Shown in pieces: positions 20,841 through 29,736 of a stretch of DNA of 46,149 nt. Within the stretch, counting starts at the first letter, position 1; each line of letters opens with the position of its first letter. Position numbers and translations under genes: made by a program. The notes under the pieces were generated by a model that saw nothing but the letters and a program-made list of their open reading frames with translations, ran no database searches and was not told where the DNA came from. Origin of the DNA: Myxococcota bacterium (GTDB taxonomy: Bacteria > Myxococcota_A > Polyangia > Polyangiales > Sandaracinaceae); assembly GCA_036149055.1 (NCBI GenBank), contig JAYZQJ010000044.1, positions 1-46,149 of the forward strand, given 5' to 3'.

Positions 20841-21242
20841 ATGAAGAAGCTGGCCACCATTCTCTTCGTCTCGGCGTTCGCCCTCGCCTTCGCGGGGTGC
20901 TCGGAGCCCGACCCGGTGGACGAGAACGTCACCGGAGAGCTCACCGAAGACGATCCGCGCGTCGAGCAGGACAACTCGCCCTACGACGAGTACCGGTTCG
21001 AGGTCGCGGAGGGCTGGACCATCACGGGCGACATGCAGAGCAGCGCTTTCGACACCTACCTCTGGCTCATCGGTCCCGACGGTCAGTCGCTCGTGCAGGA
21101 CGACGACGGCGGCGACGGCACCAACAGCCGGGTCAGCTACACCGCGCCCTCGAGCGGCACGTACACCTTCCGCGCCAACAGCTACAACGGCGAGGGCCGC
21201 GGCGCCTACACGCTGCACTACACGGCCAACCCCGGTCAGTGA
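20841..21242 (+). CDS. PPC (pre-peptidase C-terminal) domain lipoprotein
   Basis: GGAGG RBS; lipobox FAGC; FDTYL.L..PDG and DDDGG.GTNS motifs; G.Y repeats. Confidence 0.85.
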   Translation: MKKLATILFVSAFALAFAGCSEPDPVDENVTGELTEDDPRVEQDNSPYDEYRFEVAEGWTITGDMQSSAFDTYLWLIGPDGQSLVQDDDGGDGTNSRVSYTAPSSGTYTFRANSYNGEGRGAYTLHYTANPGQ

Positions 21243-21263
21243 CCCCGCCGCGCTGACGCGCCG

Positions 21264-21292
21264 AGGCCCCGCGATCGCCGATCGCGGGGCCT
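21264..21292. terminator. Long hairpin between convergent genes (bidirectional terminator candidate)
   Basis: AGGCCCCGCGATCG-C-CGATCGCGGGGCCT. Confidence 0.65.
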
Positions 21293-21302
21293 TCGTCGTC
21301 CG

Positions 21303-21980
21303 TCAGGGCCGGCGGGCGCGGACGACGTACTGGTAAGGCAGCTCGCTCGGCACGATCTCGGCGTCGAAGCCGGCGGCCCGGAGCTCGGTCTGGACGGCGT
21401 GGGGGGCGACCCGCATCGCCTCGGGCGGGCCGTGGGGGCTGTCCTCGGTGAAGTCGACCACGAGCACGAGGCCGCCTTCGCTCAGGCCCCGCATCACGCG
21501 ATGGGCGTAGGCGGTCCGGTCCTCGATGTGGTGCCAGGTGTCGACGATCAGCACCCGGTCCACGCCGGAGAGACCGGGGTCGTCGGCGGCGACCACCCGG
21601 GCCTCCACGTTGCTCATCTCCGCCTCCGCGGCGCGCCGCCGCATGTGCTCGACCATCGCCGGCTCCACGTCGAGCGCGAGCACCCGCCCCTCGGGGCCCA
21701 CTGCGGGGCTCAGGTGCGGGAGGAAGTAGCCGGTCCCCGCGCCGACGTCGGCCACCGTCATGCCCGGCTCGAGCTCGAGGAGCGCGACGACGTCGGCAGG
21801 CCGCTGCCACGCGTCCCGCTCGGGGTCGTCGAACATCGCGGCGAAGCGCTCGACGTCCGAGAAGTCGTGCTGATGTCCGGCGTGGCCGTGACCGTGGCCG
21901 CCCGGGTGCCCGGCGGCGTGGTCGGGCTGACCGCCGCCGCAGCCGGCGAGGAGGAGGGCGAGCGTGAAGGCGCGGATCAT
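21303..21980 (-). CDS. Class I SAM-dependent methyltransferase with a lipoprotein signal and a His-rich linker
   Basis: Lipobox LAGC; RDAWQRP; VADVGAGTGYF; ATGA overlap with the upstream gene. Confidence 0.88.
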   Translation of the reverse strand: MIRAFTLALLLAGCGGGQPDHAAGHPGGHGHGHAGHQHDFSDVERFAAMFDDPERDAWQRPADVVALLELEPGMTVADVGAGTGYFLPHLSPAVGPEGRVLALDVEPAMVEHMRRRAAEAEMSNVEARVVAADDPGLSGVDRVLIVDTWHHIEDRTAYAHRVMRGLSEGGLVLVVDFTEDSPHGPPEAMRVAPHAVQTELRAAGFDAEIVPSELPYQYVVRARRP

Positions 21981-24244
21981 CGGACCACCGAGAGCTGAGG
22001 CTTGGGGGCGTAGGCGTGCAGGTGTCCGCTCTCCTCGGCCACGTAGACCCAGCCGCGCTCGTCGACGCGGGTCCAGTCGGGCACCAGCTCGCAGGGGAGG
22101 GCGTCGCCGATCGAGCGGCCGTCGGCGACCCGGAGCACGTGGACGGAGGCGCTCGGCACGAAGAGCGCGCCGCCGCGGAGCACCGGCTCGAGCCGGCGGG
22201 GCACGTCGTCGGCCACCGGGTGGGAGAGCTGTCGCTCCCAGCGCAGCTCGCCGTCGTCGATGCCGAGGGCGCGGGCCGAGCCGAGCGGCGTGTTGACGAT
22301 GAGCGCGCGGTCCACCGCGAGGCAGGAGCCGCCGAGCGCGAGGCCCGGGTCCGGCGCCATCCAGCGCAGCCGGCCGTCGGCGGCGTCGACCGCGGCGAGG
22401 CTGGCGTCGCGCGGGCCGCCCACCGCGAGGGCGGCGATCCCGCCCACCGCGATCGGGGCGCTCGCCGGCGCCGCCTCGAGGTCGCGGGTCCAGAGGGCCC
22501 GGCCGCTGAACAGGTCGATGCCGTGCAGGACCCCGTCCGCGCCGCCGGGCCGACCGCTCGCGGCCACCACGACCTCGCCGGCGACCACCGGGGCGAGCGC
22601 GAAGCAGCCGCCGTCGGCGCAGTAGCGCCAGAGCAGCTCGCCGGTCGCGACGTCGAGCGCGCTCAGGGTGCCGTCCCCGCCGGTCGTGAGCAGGATGCGG
22701 CCCGCCCGCTCGAGTCGGAACTCGCCCGCGCCGTGCCCGCTCGAGCGCCAGCGCAGCTCGCCGGTCCGGAGGTCCACCGCCACCAGGCGATCGCGCCCCT
22801 CGGCGAGGACCGCGGTCGGGGGGATCGAGCGGCCGCCGACCAGCACGCCGGCGGGCGGTCCACCGGTGCGCGGCGCGAGGCGGGCCTCGGCGAAGGTCTC
22901 GCCGTCGTCGACATGGCTGAGCGTGAGGTGTCCGTCGCTCGAGAGGCGGGCGAGCACGGTGCCGGTCATGAAGGAGGCGCTCGCGGGCGAGACCCGCGAC
23001 CAGAGCACCTCGCCGTCGTCGCGGCCGAGCGCCACCGTCTGGCGCGGGGTCGCGACCACCAGGCGATCGCCGCAGAGGAAGGTCGAGGCGGCGTCGAGGC
23101 CCTCGACCTCGGTCTCCCACCGGCGCTCGAAGGCGAGGCGGCGGGGGGCGGCGCTGGCGCGGGAGGCGCCCTCGGGCGCGGCGCAGGCGCCGGACGACGC
23201 GCGGAGCCGCTCGGGGTCGGCGTGCACGACCGCGCTGGCCTTCGGGCTGCGGGCCCGCACGCGGCGGCGCAGGGCGCGCACCTCGGCCCGGAGGGTGGTG
23301 ACGCGCAGGTTGCGGGCCTGGCTGCGGTCGATCGAGACGAGCGCGCGCAGCACGTCGGAGGCCAGCCGGAGGATGGGCAGCGCCGCGTCGCTCACGCTGA
23401 GCGCGGGGATGGTGACCCGACCCGCCTCGTCGGAGCCGAGGGTCAGCTGCACGCCGTCGGTGCGGGAGCGACGAACGCCGACCGCGAAGCGCCCGGCCCG
23501 GAGCCGCACGTTCGCCGCGCGGTCCGCCTCGTGCGCCTCGACCAGCGCGCGGGCGGCCGAGACCATGCGCTGGATCGCGAGCATGATCGGCCCGCGCACG
23601 AGCGGGATCCGGCGGCCGCGGGTCCAGAGCCAGAGGGTGCCCGGGAAGAGCAGCGCGTGCGCGTCGGAGTGGGCGCTGGTCTGCCGGGGCGGATCGGCCA
23701 CCGGGACGATCGCGGCCTGGAAGCCGAAGGCGAGGGGCACGCTGCGCCGGGGCGCCTGGACCGCGCCGCCGGTCTCGATCACCGGGGCGAGCGGGACGCG
23801 CTCGGGGGCCACCGCCTCCTCGCGGGCCCGCTCGGCGAGCCGCAGCACCAGGCGGCGCGAGATCGGATCGGAGTCGGCGGTCGCCTGGGTCTCGGCGATC
23901 TCGGCGCAGCGGGCGAGCAGCGCCTCGAGGCCGACCGGGCGGTCGAGCACCCGCACCTCGGTGGGGCCGTCGATCAGGTAGTAGCTGACCAGCACGTCGT
24001 CGCCCGATCGCAGCATCACCAGCTCGGCGGGGGTGGTGGCCAGCGGGAGCAGCGACTTCTTCCGGCCGCCGGTCGCCAGCGCGAGCGCGGCGCTGAGCAG
24101 GTCGGCCAGGGGCGGCATCGGCAACGCGTCGGTGACCCCGAGGAGGAGGTCGCGCAGGTCGCGCTCCGTCTCCTCCTCTCGCGCCGCGTGGACGGCGATC
24201 GGGGCGTTGACGTCTTCGAACGGTCGAATCGGGATCACGCGCAT
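21977..24244 (-). CDS. PQQ-binding-like beta-propeller repeat protein with an unknown N-terminal domain
   Basis: Repeated A.D..(T/D)G..(L/R)W motifs (ALGRDDGEVLW, AVDLRTGELRW, ALDVATGELLW and others). Start set at MRVIPIRP. Confidence 0.82.
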   Translation of the reverse strand: MRVIPIRPFEDVNAPIAVHAAREEETERDLRDLLLGVTDALPMPPLADLLSAALALATGGRKKSLLPLATTPAELVMLRSGDDVLVSYYLIDGPTEVRVLDRPVGLEALLARCAEIAETQATADSDPISRRLVLRLAERAREEAVAPERVPLAPVIETGGAVQAPRRSVPLAFGFQAAIVPVADPPRQTSAHSDAHALLFPGTLWLWTRGRRIPLVRGPIMLAIQRMVSAARALVEAHEADRAANVRLRAGRFAVGVRRSRTDGVQLTLGSDEAGRVTIPALSVSDAALPILRLASDVLRALVSIDRSQARNLRVTTLRAEVRALRRRVRARSPKASAVVHADPERLRASSGACAAPEGASRASAAPRRLAFERRWETEVEGLDAASTFLCGDRLVVATPRQTVALGRDDGEVLWSRVSPASASFMTGTVLARLSSDGHLTLSHVDDGETFAEARLAPRTGGPPAGVLVGGRSIPPTAVLAEGRDRLVAVDLRTGELRWRSSGHGAGEFRLERAGRILLTTGGDGTLSALDVATGELLWRYCADGGCFALAPVVAGEVVVAASGRPGGADGVLHGIDLFSGRALWTRDLEAAPASAPIAVGGIAALAVGGPRDASLAAVDAADGRLRWMAPDPGLALGGSCLAVDRALIVNTPLGSARALGIDDGELRWERQLSHPVADDVPRRLEPVLRGGALFVPSASVHVLRVADGRSIGDALPCELVPDWTRVDERGWVYVAEESGHLHAYAPKPQLSVVR

Positions 24245-24457
24245 CGGCGGAGTGCTCTCCGGGCGAACGGGACGGATCGGTCCGGCCCTCGCCGAGGATC
24301 GGCGAGGCGACCAGCCAAGGCCCCCTGGACGAAGGTTCTCGGGGCCGGGGCGAGCGCGGCGTCGACCGCCTTGCTCGTGGACGTCATCGTAGGAAACGAT
24401 CGGGCCCGCTCTCCAGTTTTCGGGATCCTTTCGCGGGCTTGCGGCTACCTTGACCGC

Positions 24458-24853
24458 ATGCCGAAGTTCGTGCTCGCGGTGGCGGCGGTGGTGATCCGGG
24501 ACGGGCGCGTGCTCGCGATGCGGCGATCCCCGGACAAGGACGCGGGCGCCGGGCTGTGGGAGACGCTCTCCGGGCGCGTCGAGGCGGACGAGCAGCCGCT
24601 CGACGCCCTGCGCCGTGAGATCGCCGAGGAGTGTGGCCTCGACGTCGAGATCGATCCGCGCCCGATCGACGCCTACGTCGCGCGCCGCGGGGTCGAGCCG
24701 ATGGGCGTGATCGCCTACCGCGCGCGCTGGACCGGCGGCGAGGTCCGCCGCAGCGCCGAGCACGACGCGCACGCCTGGTGGACCCCCGAAGAGCTCCGCG
24801 CCCACAGCACGCTGCGTCGTCTGGTCGACGCCGTCGACCGCGCTCTCGAGTGA
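24458..24853 (+). CDS. NUDIX hydrolase
   Basis: Nudix box GRVEADEQPLDALRREIAEECGL. Confidence 0.92.
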   Translation: MPKFVLAVAAVVIRDGRVLAMRRSPDKDAGAGLWETLSGRVEADEQPLDALRREIAEECGLDVEIDPRPIDAYVARRGVEPMGVIAYRARWTGGEVRRSAEHDAHAWWTPEELRAHSTLRRLVDAVDRALE

Positions 24854-24910
24854 GACGTCGACAGTTTCATTGTCTCTCGCGGAGGCCGCCGGCGGACGCG
24901 GCCGGCCGCG

Positions 24911-26314
24911 CTACTCCCAGCCGCGGAAATTCGTGGGGAGCTCGCGGCGGCGGGCGCGCGGGCGGCGGGGCAGGACGATCTCGAGGGCCTGATCGCGGTC
25001 GGGGACGAGCTCGCGCTCTTCGGTGCGGTGGCCGCGGGCCGCGATCTCGAGGGTGACGGGCGCGTCGCTCCGCGGGAGGACGATCGGCGACTCGACCTCT
25101 TCGCCGTCGAGGGTCAGCGTCGCGCCGCTCGGGGTGGTGGTGATCTCGATGCGGACCTCGGCGGGGAGCGCGGCGCCGACCGGGGGCTCGGGCTCGGCCT
25201 CGGGCGCGGGCGCCACCGGTTCCACCTCTTCGACCGGAGCCTCGACCGGCGACGGCGCGGTCGCGAGCTCCGGAGGGGGCGCGCGCAGGGCCCAGACCAC
25301 GCCGAGCACGGCCACCGCGGCGAGCACGAAGCCGGCCACGATCAGGAGCGGCACGAGCAGCCGGGGGCGGCGCCGGGTGACGACCGTGTGGTCGCCGTGG
25401 ATGACGGGCACGCCGCTGAAGCGGACCGGGCCCTCCTCGGACGACATGGAGCGGAGGCGCGCCTCGACCTCGAAGGCGCTGCGGGGGCGCGTGCCCGGAT
25501 CCTTCTCGAGCAGCGCGGTGACGAGGTCGGAGAGGCCGTCGGGCAGCCCCTCGGCTCTCTCGTCGAGCCGTGGTGCGGGCTCGCGGAGGTGCATGGCGCA
25601 GAGGGCCATGGGCGCGTCGTCCCAGAAGGGCGGCTCGCCGGTGATCATCTCGAAGAGGATGACGCCGAGCGCGTAGAGGTCGGCCGCCGGGCCGATCTCG
25701 ACCCCGCCCTCGACCGCCTCCGGGCTGATGTAGGCGGGGGTGCCGACGATCATCGCGTCGCTGGTCAGCCGCGCGCCCCGCGGGCCGTCGCCGTGATCGA
25801 GCACGCGGGCGATGCCGAAGTCGATGACCTTCACGCCGCCGCCGTCGAGCATCCAGATGTTCGCCGGCTTCAGATCCCGGTGCACCACGCCCGCCGCGTG
25901 GGCGGCGCCGAGCGCCTCGGCCACGTCGGACGCGATCTCGCAGGCCTGCGAAGGGGTGACCCGGCCGTGCCGCTCGAGCACCTCGTCGAGGGTGTGCCCG
26001 CTGAGCAGCTCCATGACCATGTAGAGGCCATGCGCGGGGTCCTCGCCGAAGTCGTGGATGGCGGCGGCGTGGCGGCTCGAGATGCGGCTGGCCGCGCGGG
26101 CCTCGCCGATGAAGCGCTCCTTCGCCCGGCCGTGCTCGACCGTGAGGATCTTCAGCGCGACCCGGCGGTCGATGCGGCGGTCCACGCACTCGTAGACCGC
26201 GCCCATGCCGCCCTCGCCGCGCATCCCCACCACCTCGAAGCGGTCGGCGATGACCGTCCCCGCGGGCAGGGCGGAGGGGCCGGTGGGCGATATGGCTCCG
26301 GAGACGCCGGACAC
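24911..26314 (-). CDS. Membrane Ser/Thr kinase with a C-terminal PEGA-like domain
   Basis: GEGGMG, VALK, HRDLKPAN, DFG and GTPAYISPE motifs; TM helix; T.PSGA.L.LDG. Confidence 0.92.
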   Translation of the reverse strand: MSGVSGAISPTGPSALPAGTVIADRFEVVGMRGEGGMGAVYECVDRRIDRRVALKILTVEHGRAKERFIGEARAASRISSRHAAAIHDFGEDPAHGLYMVMELLSGHTLDEVLERHGRVTPSQACEIASDVAEALGAAHAAGVVHRDLKPANIWMLDGGGVKVIDFGIARVLDHGDGPRGARLTSDAMIVGTPAYISPEAVEGGVEIGPAADLYALGVILFEMITGEPPFWDDAPMALCAMHLREPAPRLDERAEGLPDGLSDLVTALLEKDPGTRPRSAFEVEARLRSMSSEEGPVRFSGVPVIHGDHTVVTRRRPRLLVPLLIVAGFVLAAVAVLGVVWALRAPPPELATAPSPVEAPVEEVEPVAPAPEAEPEPPVGAALPAEVRIEITTTPSGATLTLDGEEVESPIVLPRSDAPVTLEIAARGHRTEERELVPDRDQALEIVLPRRPRARRRELPTNFRGWE

Positions 26315-26380
26315 CAGGGCAGCATGGCAGGGAGGGGGCCGGTTCCGCCAGCGCGTTCCGGCGCGACCCCCTCCTCCAGG

Positions 26381-26614
26381 TCAGGCGGCCACGGGCTGAC
26401 GCAGCCACTCGTTCGGGTCGCGCGCGAGGTGGTCGTGCAGGGTGCGCAGCTGCGTGGCGTCGAGCTGGGAGAGGGACTGCTTGCGGTCCCAGAGCTCCAT
26501 CAGCTCGCGCTGGATGCGCGCCTGCGACGCGGCGGAGGAGCGGAAGAGGGCCCGCTGCAGGCGGGTCTCCCAGAGCTCCAGGCGTTCGCGCGTCTTCTCC
26601 ATCAAACCGTTCAT
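26381..26614 (-). CDS. Small hypothetical helical protein (77 aa)
   Basis: GGGAGA RBS, a sigma54-like promoter upstream, and non-shadow amino-acid composition. Confidence 0.65.
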   Translation of the reverse strand: MNGLMEKTRERLELWETRLQRALFRSSAASQARIQRELMELWDRKQSLSQLDATQLRTLHDHLARDPNEWLRQPVAA

Positions 26615-26674
26615 GGCGTCTCCCAGGGTCGCGCCTCTCCCACTGCGGGAGAGGGGCTCGTCTCCTGGGGCTTC

Positions 26675-26688
26675 GCAAGAAGCGCACC
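26675..26688 (-). promoter_or_regulatory. Candidate sigma54 (-24/-12) promoter
   Basis: Minus strand reads GGTGCGCTTCTTGC (GG-N10-GC with TTGC), ~60 bp upstream of 26614. A CCTCTCCC/GGGAGAGG hairpin (26634-26654) lies in the leader. Confidence 0.45.
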
Positions 26689-26766
26689 CCGTCCTACACC
26701 CACCGCTGGGGTGCTACGGACCGTCGCCACGCCGCCACGCACGTGCGCCCTCGCGCAGCGCGGACG

Positions 26767-27759
26767 TCACCACGTGGCCATCGCCCCCTGTGGCATCGCG
26801 CCCGGGTTCAGGATCACCCCGGTGCTCCCGCCGGTCGGGCCGTTGGCCTGGTCGATGGCCCACCCGATCAGGATGCCGGCGCCGATCGCGGCGAGCGTCC
26901 CCCCGACCACGCCCCAGAAGACCGGCTCTTCGAGGAAGATCGTGCCGCGGGGCTCGGGCAGCGCGTCGCCGAGGTCGAGGTCGAGGCGCAGGTGCTGGTT
27001 GTGCTCGAGCACCACCGGGCGCTCCACCGGCTCGCGGTCGGGCGCGAGGACCGAGACGGTGTGCTCCCCCGGCTCGAGCTCGATCGCGGCCCCGGTCGTG
27101 CCGACCTCCTCGCCGTCGACGAGGATGCGGGTCCCGGGCGCCCGCTCGAGCAGGCTGACCTCGAGCCGGGCGGGCAGCAGGGTGGAGTCGAGCTGCACCG
27201 CGCGCCGCAGGGTCACCCCGGGCTCGGCCTCGACCTCGATGAGCTGGGGCGCGTGGCCCTCCGCCTCGACCCGGATCACGTGGCTCCCCGGGTTCACCCG
27301 GGCCACGCGCGCGCCCTCGCCTTCGATCGGGCGGCCGTCGAGGATCACCGTCGCGTTCACCGGGAGGACGTCCACGTGGATCTCGGCGACCGCGCGCTGG
27401 GCGTGGGCGAGCATGCGCTGCGCCTCCACGTAGGCGTCGCCTTCGGTCGCGATGTCGGCCTGGGCGCGGTAGCGATCGAGCGCCTCGATCGCCTCCACGT
27501 AGCGCTCGAGCGCGTAGTAGCAGAGCGCGAGGTTGAAGGCGGTCACCGGGCGATCGACGAGGTCGAGCGACCGGCGGAAGGCCTCGGCCGCCTCGCTGAA
27601 GCGGCGCTGCTCGGCGAGGTCGCGGCCTCGATCGAAGTGCGCGCGCGCCTCCACCGTGTTCGGGTCCTCTGCGTCCTGCGCGGACGCCGGCCCGGCGAGG
27701 AGCAGCAGGGAGAGCGCGGCGACGAGGCGCAGCGTCCTGGTCACATGGTTCGTTCGCAT
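26767..27759 (-). CDS. TPR plus PEGA domain protein, secreted, with a C-terminal hydrophobic segment
   Basis: Signal peptide ending ASA-Q; ARAHFDRG..FNLALC TPR-like region; two PEGA-like repeats (V.LDG..PG.H). Confidence 0.82.
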   Translation of the reverse strand: MRTNHVTRTLRLVAALSLLLLAGPASAQDAEDPNTVEARAHFDRGRDLAEQRRFSEAAEAFRRSLDLVDRPVTAFNLALCYYALERYVEAIEALDRYRAQADIATEGDAYVEAQRMLAHAQRAVAEIHVDVLPVNATVILDGRPIEGEGARVARVNPGSHVIRVEAEGHAPQLIEVEAEPGVTLRRAVQLDSTLLPARLEVSLLERAPGTRILVDGEEVGTTGAAIELEPGEHTVSVLAPDREPVERPVVLEHNQHLRLDLDLGDALPEPRGTIFLEEPVFWGVVGGTLAAIGAGILIGWAIDQANGPTGGSTGVILNPGAMPQGAMATW

Positions 27760-28466
27760 CTTCCGCTCTCGCTGCAGGTCATCCCGAGGTCCGCACAGCT
27801 CATGATGTTCTCGCAGACGCCGGCCGGGCTGCACATGCCCATCATGCACGGCGTCCCGTCGGTGCACGTCTCTCCTGGACTGCAGAAGAGCTGCCCCGCG
27901 TCGCCCGGGGGAGCTCCGCCGTCCGCGCCCACGCCGCCGTCGGGCACGCTCGCGTCGGGCGGGACGCGCCCCTCGAAGAGGTCCGGCAGCGTGTCGGTCG
28001 CGTCGGGCAGGGTCGACGGGTCGACCCCCTCCGGGACGCAGGCGCCGTAGAGGCAGCGCTCGGAGCTCGGGCAGCCGCCGACGTCGTCGCCAGCGGGGCA
28101 GTGGCGCGAGAGCGGGACCTCGAGCTGGAGCCGCCGGCCCGGGACGAAGGAGGTGACCACGCGCTGGTACGCCACCGCCTCCCCCGCCTCCCCGCCGCCG
28201 CCGAATTCGGCGATGACGTTCAGGGTGATCTCTTCCTCCGGCGCGCCGCTCGGGACCACGCCGAACGAGAGCGGCAGCCCGGTCTCGACGAGGTCGAAGC
28301 GGTGCTCCGCCTGCTGGTCGGCCGACGACACCGACACATGGAGAGCGTCGATCTCCGGGCCGATCTCGTAGTCCGAGTCGACCACCACGATCAGCTGCGT
28401 GGGCGTCGTACACCCGGCCGACAGCCACAGCATGGCCGCCCACGTCCCTCCGCCTGCGAGCCTCAT
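27741..28466 (-). CDS. Cys-rich myxobacterial-type lipoprotein
   Basis: Lipobox SAGC; TQLIVVVDSD; LPLSFGV; DAG/DGG linker; paired-Cys C-terminus. Confidence 0.72.
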   Translation of the reverse strand: MRLAGGGTWAAMLWLSAGCTTPTQLIVVVDSDYEIGPEIDALHVSVSSADQQAEHRFDLVETGLPLSFGVVPSGAPEEEITLNVIAEFGGGGEAGEAVAYQRVVTSFVPGRRLQLEVPLSRHCPAGDDVGGCPSSERCLYGACVPEGVDPSTLPDATDTLPDLFEGRVPPDASVPDGGVGADGGAPPGDAGQLFCSPGETCTDGTPCMMGMCSPAGVCENIMSCADLGMTCSESGRCERTM

Positions 28467-28543
28467 AGGTTCCCCATCATACCGATCGGAGCGTGAGAAT
28501 ACACCCAGCTCGGATCGTCATACGGCGCGGGGGCCCCGAAGTT

Positions 28544-29713
28544 TCACCCGTTTTTCTCCGGGCCTCGGGTTTCTTCGAGGCATGCGTCCAGCGCCTCGAG
28601 GTAGCGCTCGGCCGAGTGGGCGACCCGGACCCAGTCCGTCCCTTTGCGGCCGAGGTCGGCGGCGCCCTCGCGGGCCTGGGTGGCGAGGAGCGACGCGGCC
28701 GCGAAGGCCTCGGGGTCGTCGTCGGCGACGATCATCGCGGCCCCGGACAGGTCGAGCCCGGCGCTCGCCCGGCGCACGGCCACCGTGGGCACGCCGCGGG
28801 ACATCGCGTCGAGGAGCTTCATCGGCAGGCCGCCCGGCGCGCCTCGCGGGACCCAGGCGGCGTCGGCGGCGGCGTGGGCCATGCGGCGGTCCGGCTCGTC
28901 GGCGAGGGGCGCGAAGGTGACGCTGGCCACGCACTCCGCCGACCAGAGCGCCCGCTCGAGCGGCTCGGGATCGGAGGTGGTGGCGACGAGCAGGCGCGCG
29001 TCGGGGCGCTGGGCGCAGATCAGCCGGAAGGTCTGCACCAGCGCGTCGAGCCCCTGGTAGGCGTCGAGGTTGCCGGCGTAGAGGAAGACCGGCGCGAGCG
29101 CGTCGAAGCCGAAGCGGGCCCGCGCCTTCGCCCGCTCGTCCGCGCCGATCGGCTCCGGGATGGACCAGGGCACCGGGACGAAGCGCACCTCGCGCCCGCT
29201 CCGGTCCGACAGCCGCTCGGCGAGCCAGGGCGAGACGGCCATCGTCACGTCGGCGCGGCGGGCGAGCATGACGTCGAGCGCGTCACCCGCCTTGCTCGCG
29301 AGCTTGCCGGCGGCCGGAGGGAGGTAGCTGGGCAGCTCCGGCCCGAGCGCGGTGTGGGCGAAGAAGGCCACCGGCGAGATCTGGGCGGAGAGCGCCGCCG
29401 CCGCGGCCTCGACGTGGTGCGCGACCACCGCCTCGGCGCGCATCTTCCCGAAGAGCCGCCGCGCGCGCACGGCGAGCTGCGCGTCCTGCACCACCTTGCG
29501 CCACGAGGGCCCGGAGCGGAGCGAGCGATCCTTCACCACGTCGCGGATGCGGTGCAGCTTCCACGGCGGCGTGAGCTCGAAGCCGCCGTGGGCGTAGGCG
29601 AGCAGCTCGGGCTTGCGCCCGTCGGCCATCTCCGCGTCGAGCATCGCTCGCACCGCGGCCTGGGTCCCTTGCACGGAAGGAAACGGCATCGCCGCGACGT
29701 GAAGAAGCGCCAC
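28544..29713 (-). CDS. Glycosyltransferase family 4
   Basis: YAGNLDAYQG and PMKLLDAMSRGVP (GT-B, Glycos_transf_1-like). GTG start at 29713. Confidence 0.85.
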   Translation of the reverse strand: MALLHVAAMPFPSVQGTQAAVRAMLDAEMADGRKPELLAYAHGGFELTPPWKLHRIRDVVKDRSLRSGPSWRKVVQDAQLAVRARRLFGKMRAEAVVAHHVEAAAAALSAQISPVAFFAHTALGPELPSYLPPAAGKLASKAGDALDVMLARRADVTMAVSPWLAERLSDRSGREVRFVPVPWSIPEPIGADERAKARARFGFDALAPVFLYAGNLDAYQGLDALVQTFRLICAQRPDARLLVATTSDPEPLERALWSAECVASVTFAPLADEPDRRMAHAAADAAWVPRGAPGGLPMKLLDAMSRGVPTVAVRRASAGLDLSGAAMIVADDDPEAFAAASLLATQAREGAADLGRKGTDWVRVAHSAERYLEALDACLEETRGPEKNG

Positions 29714-29736
29714 GGCGCCGAGGGTACCAGGCCCCG

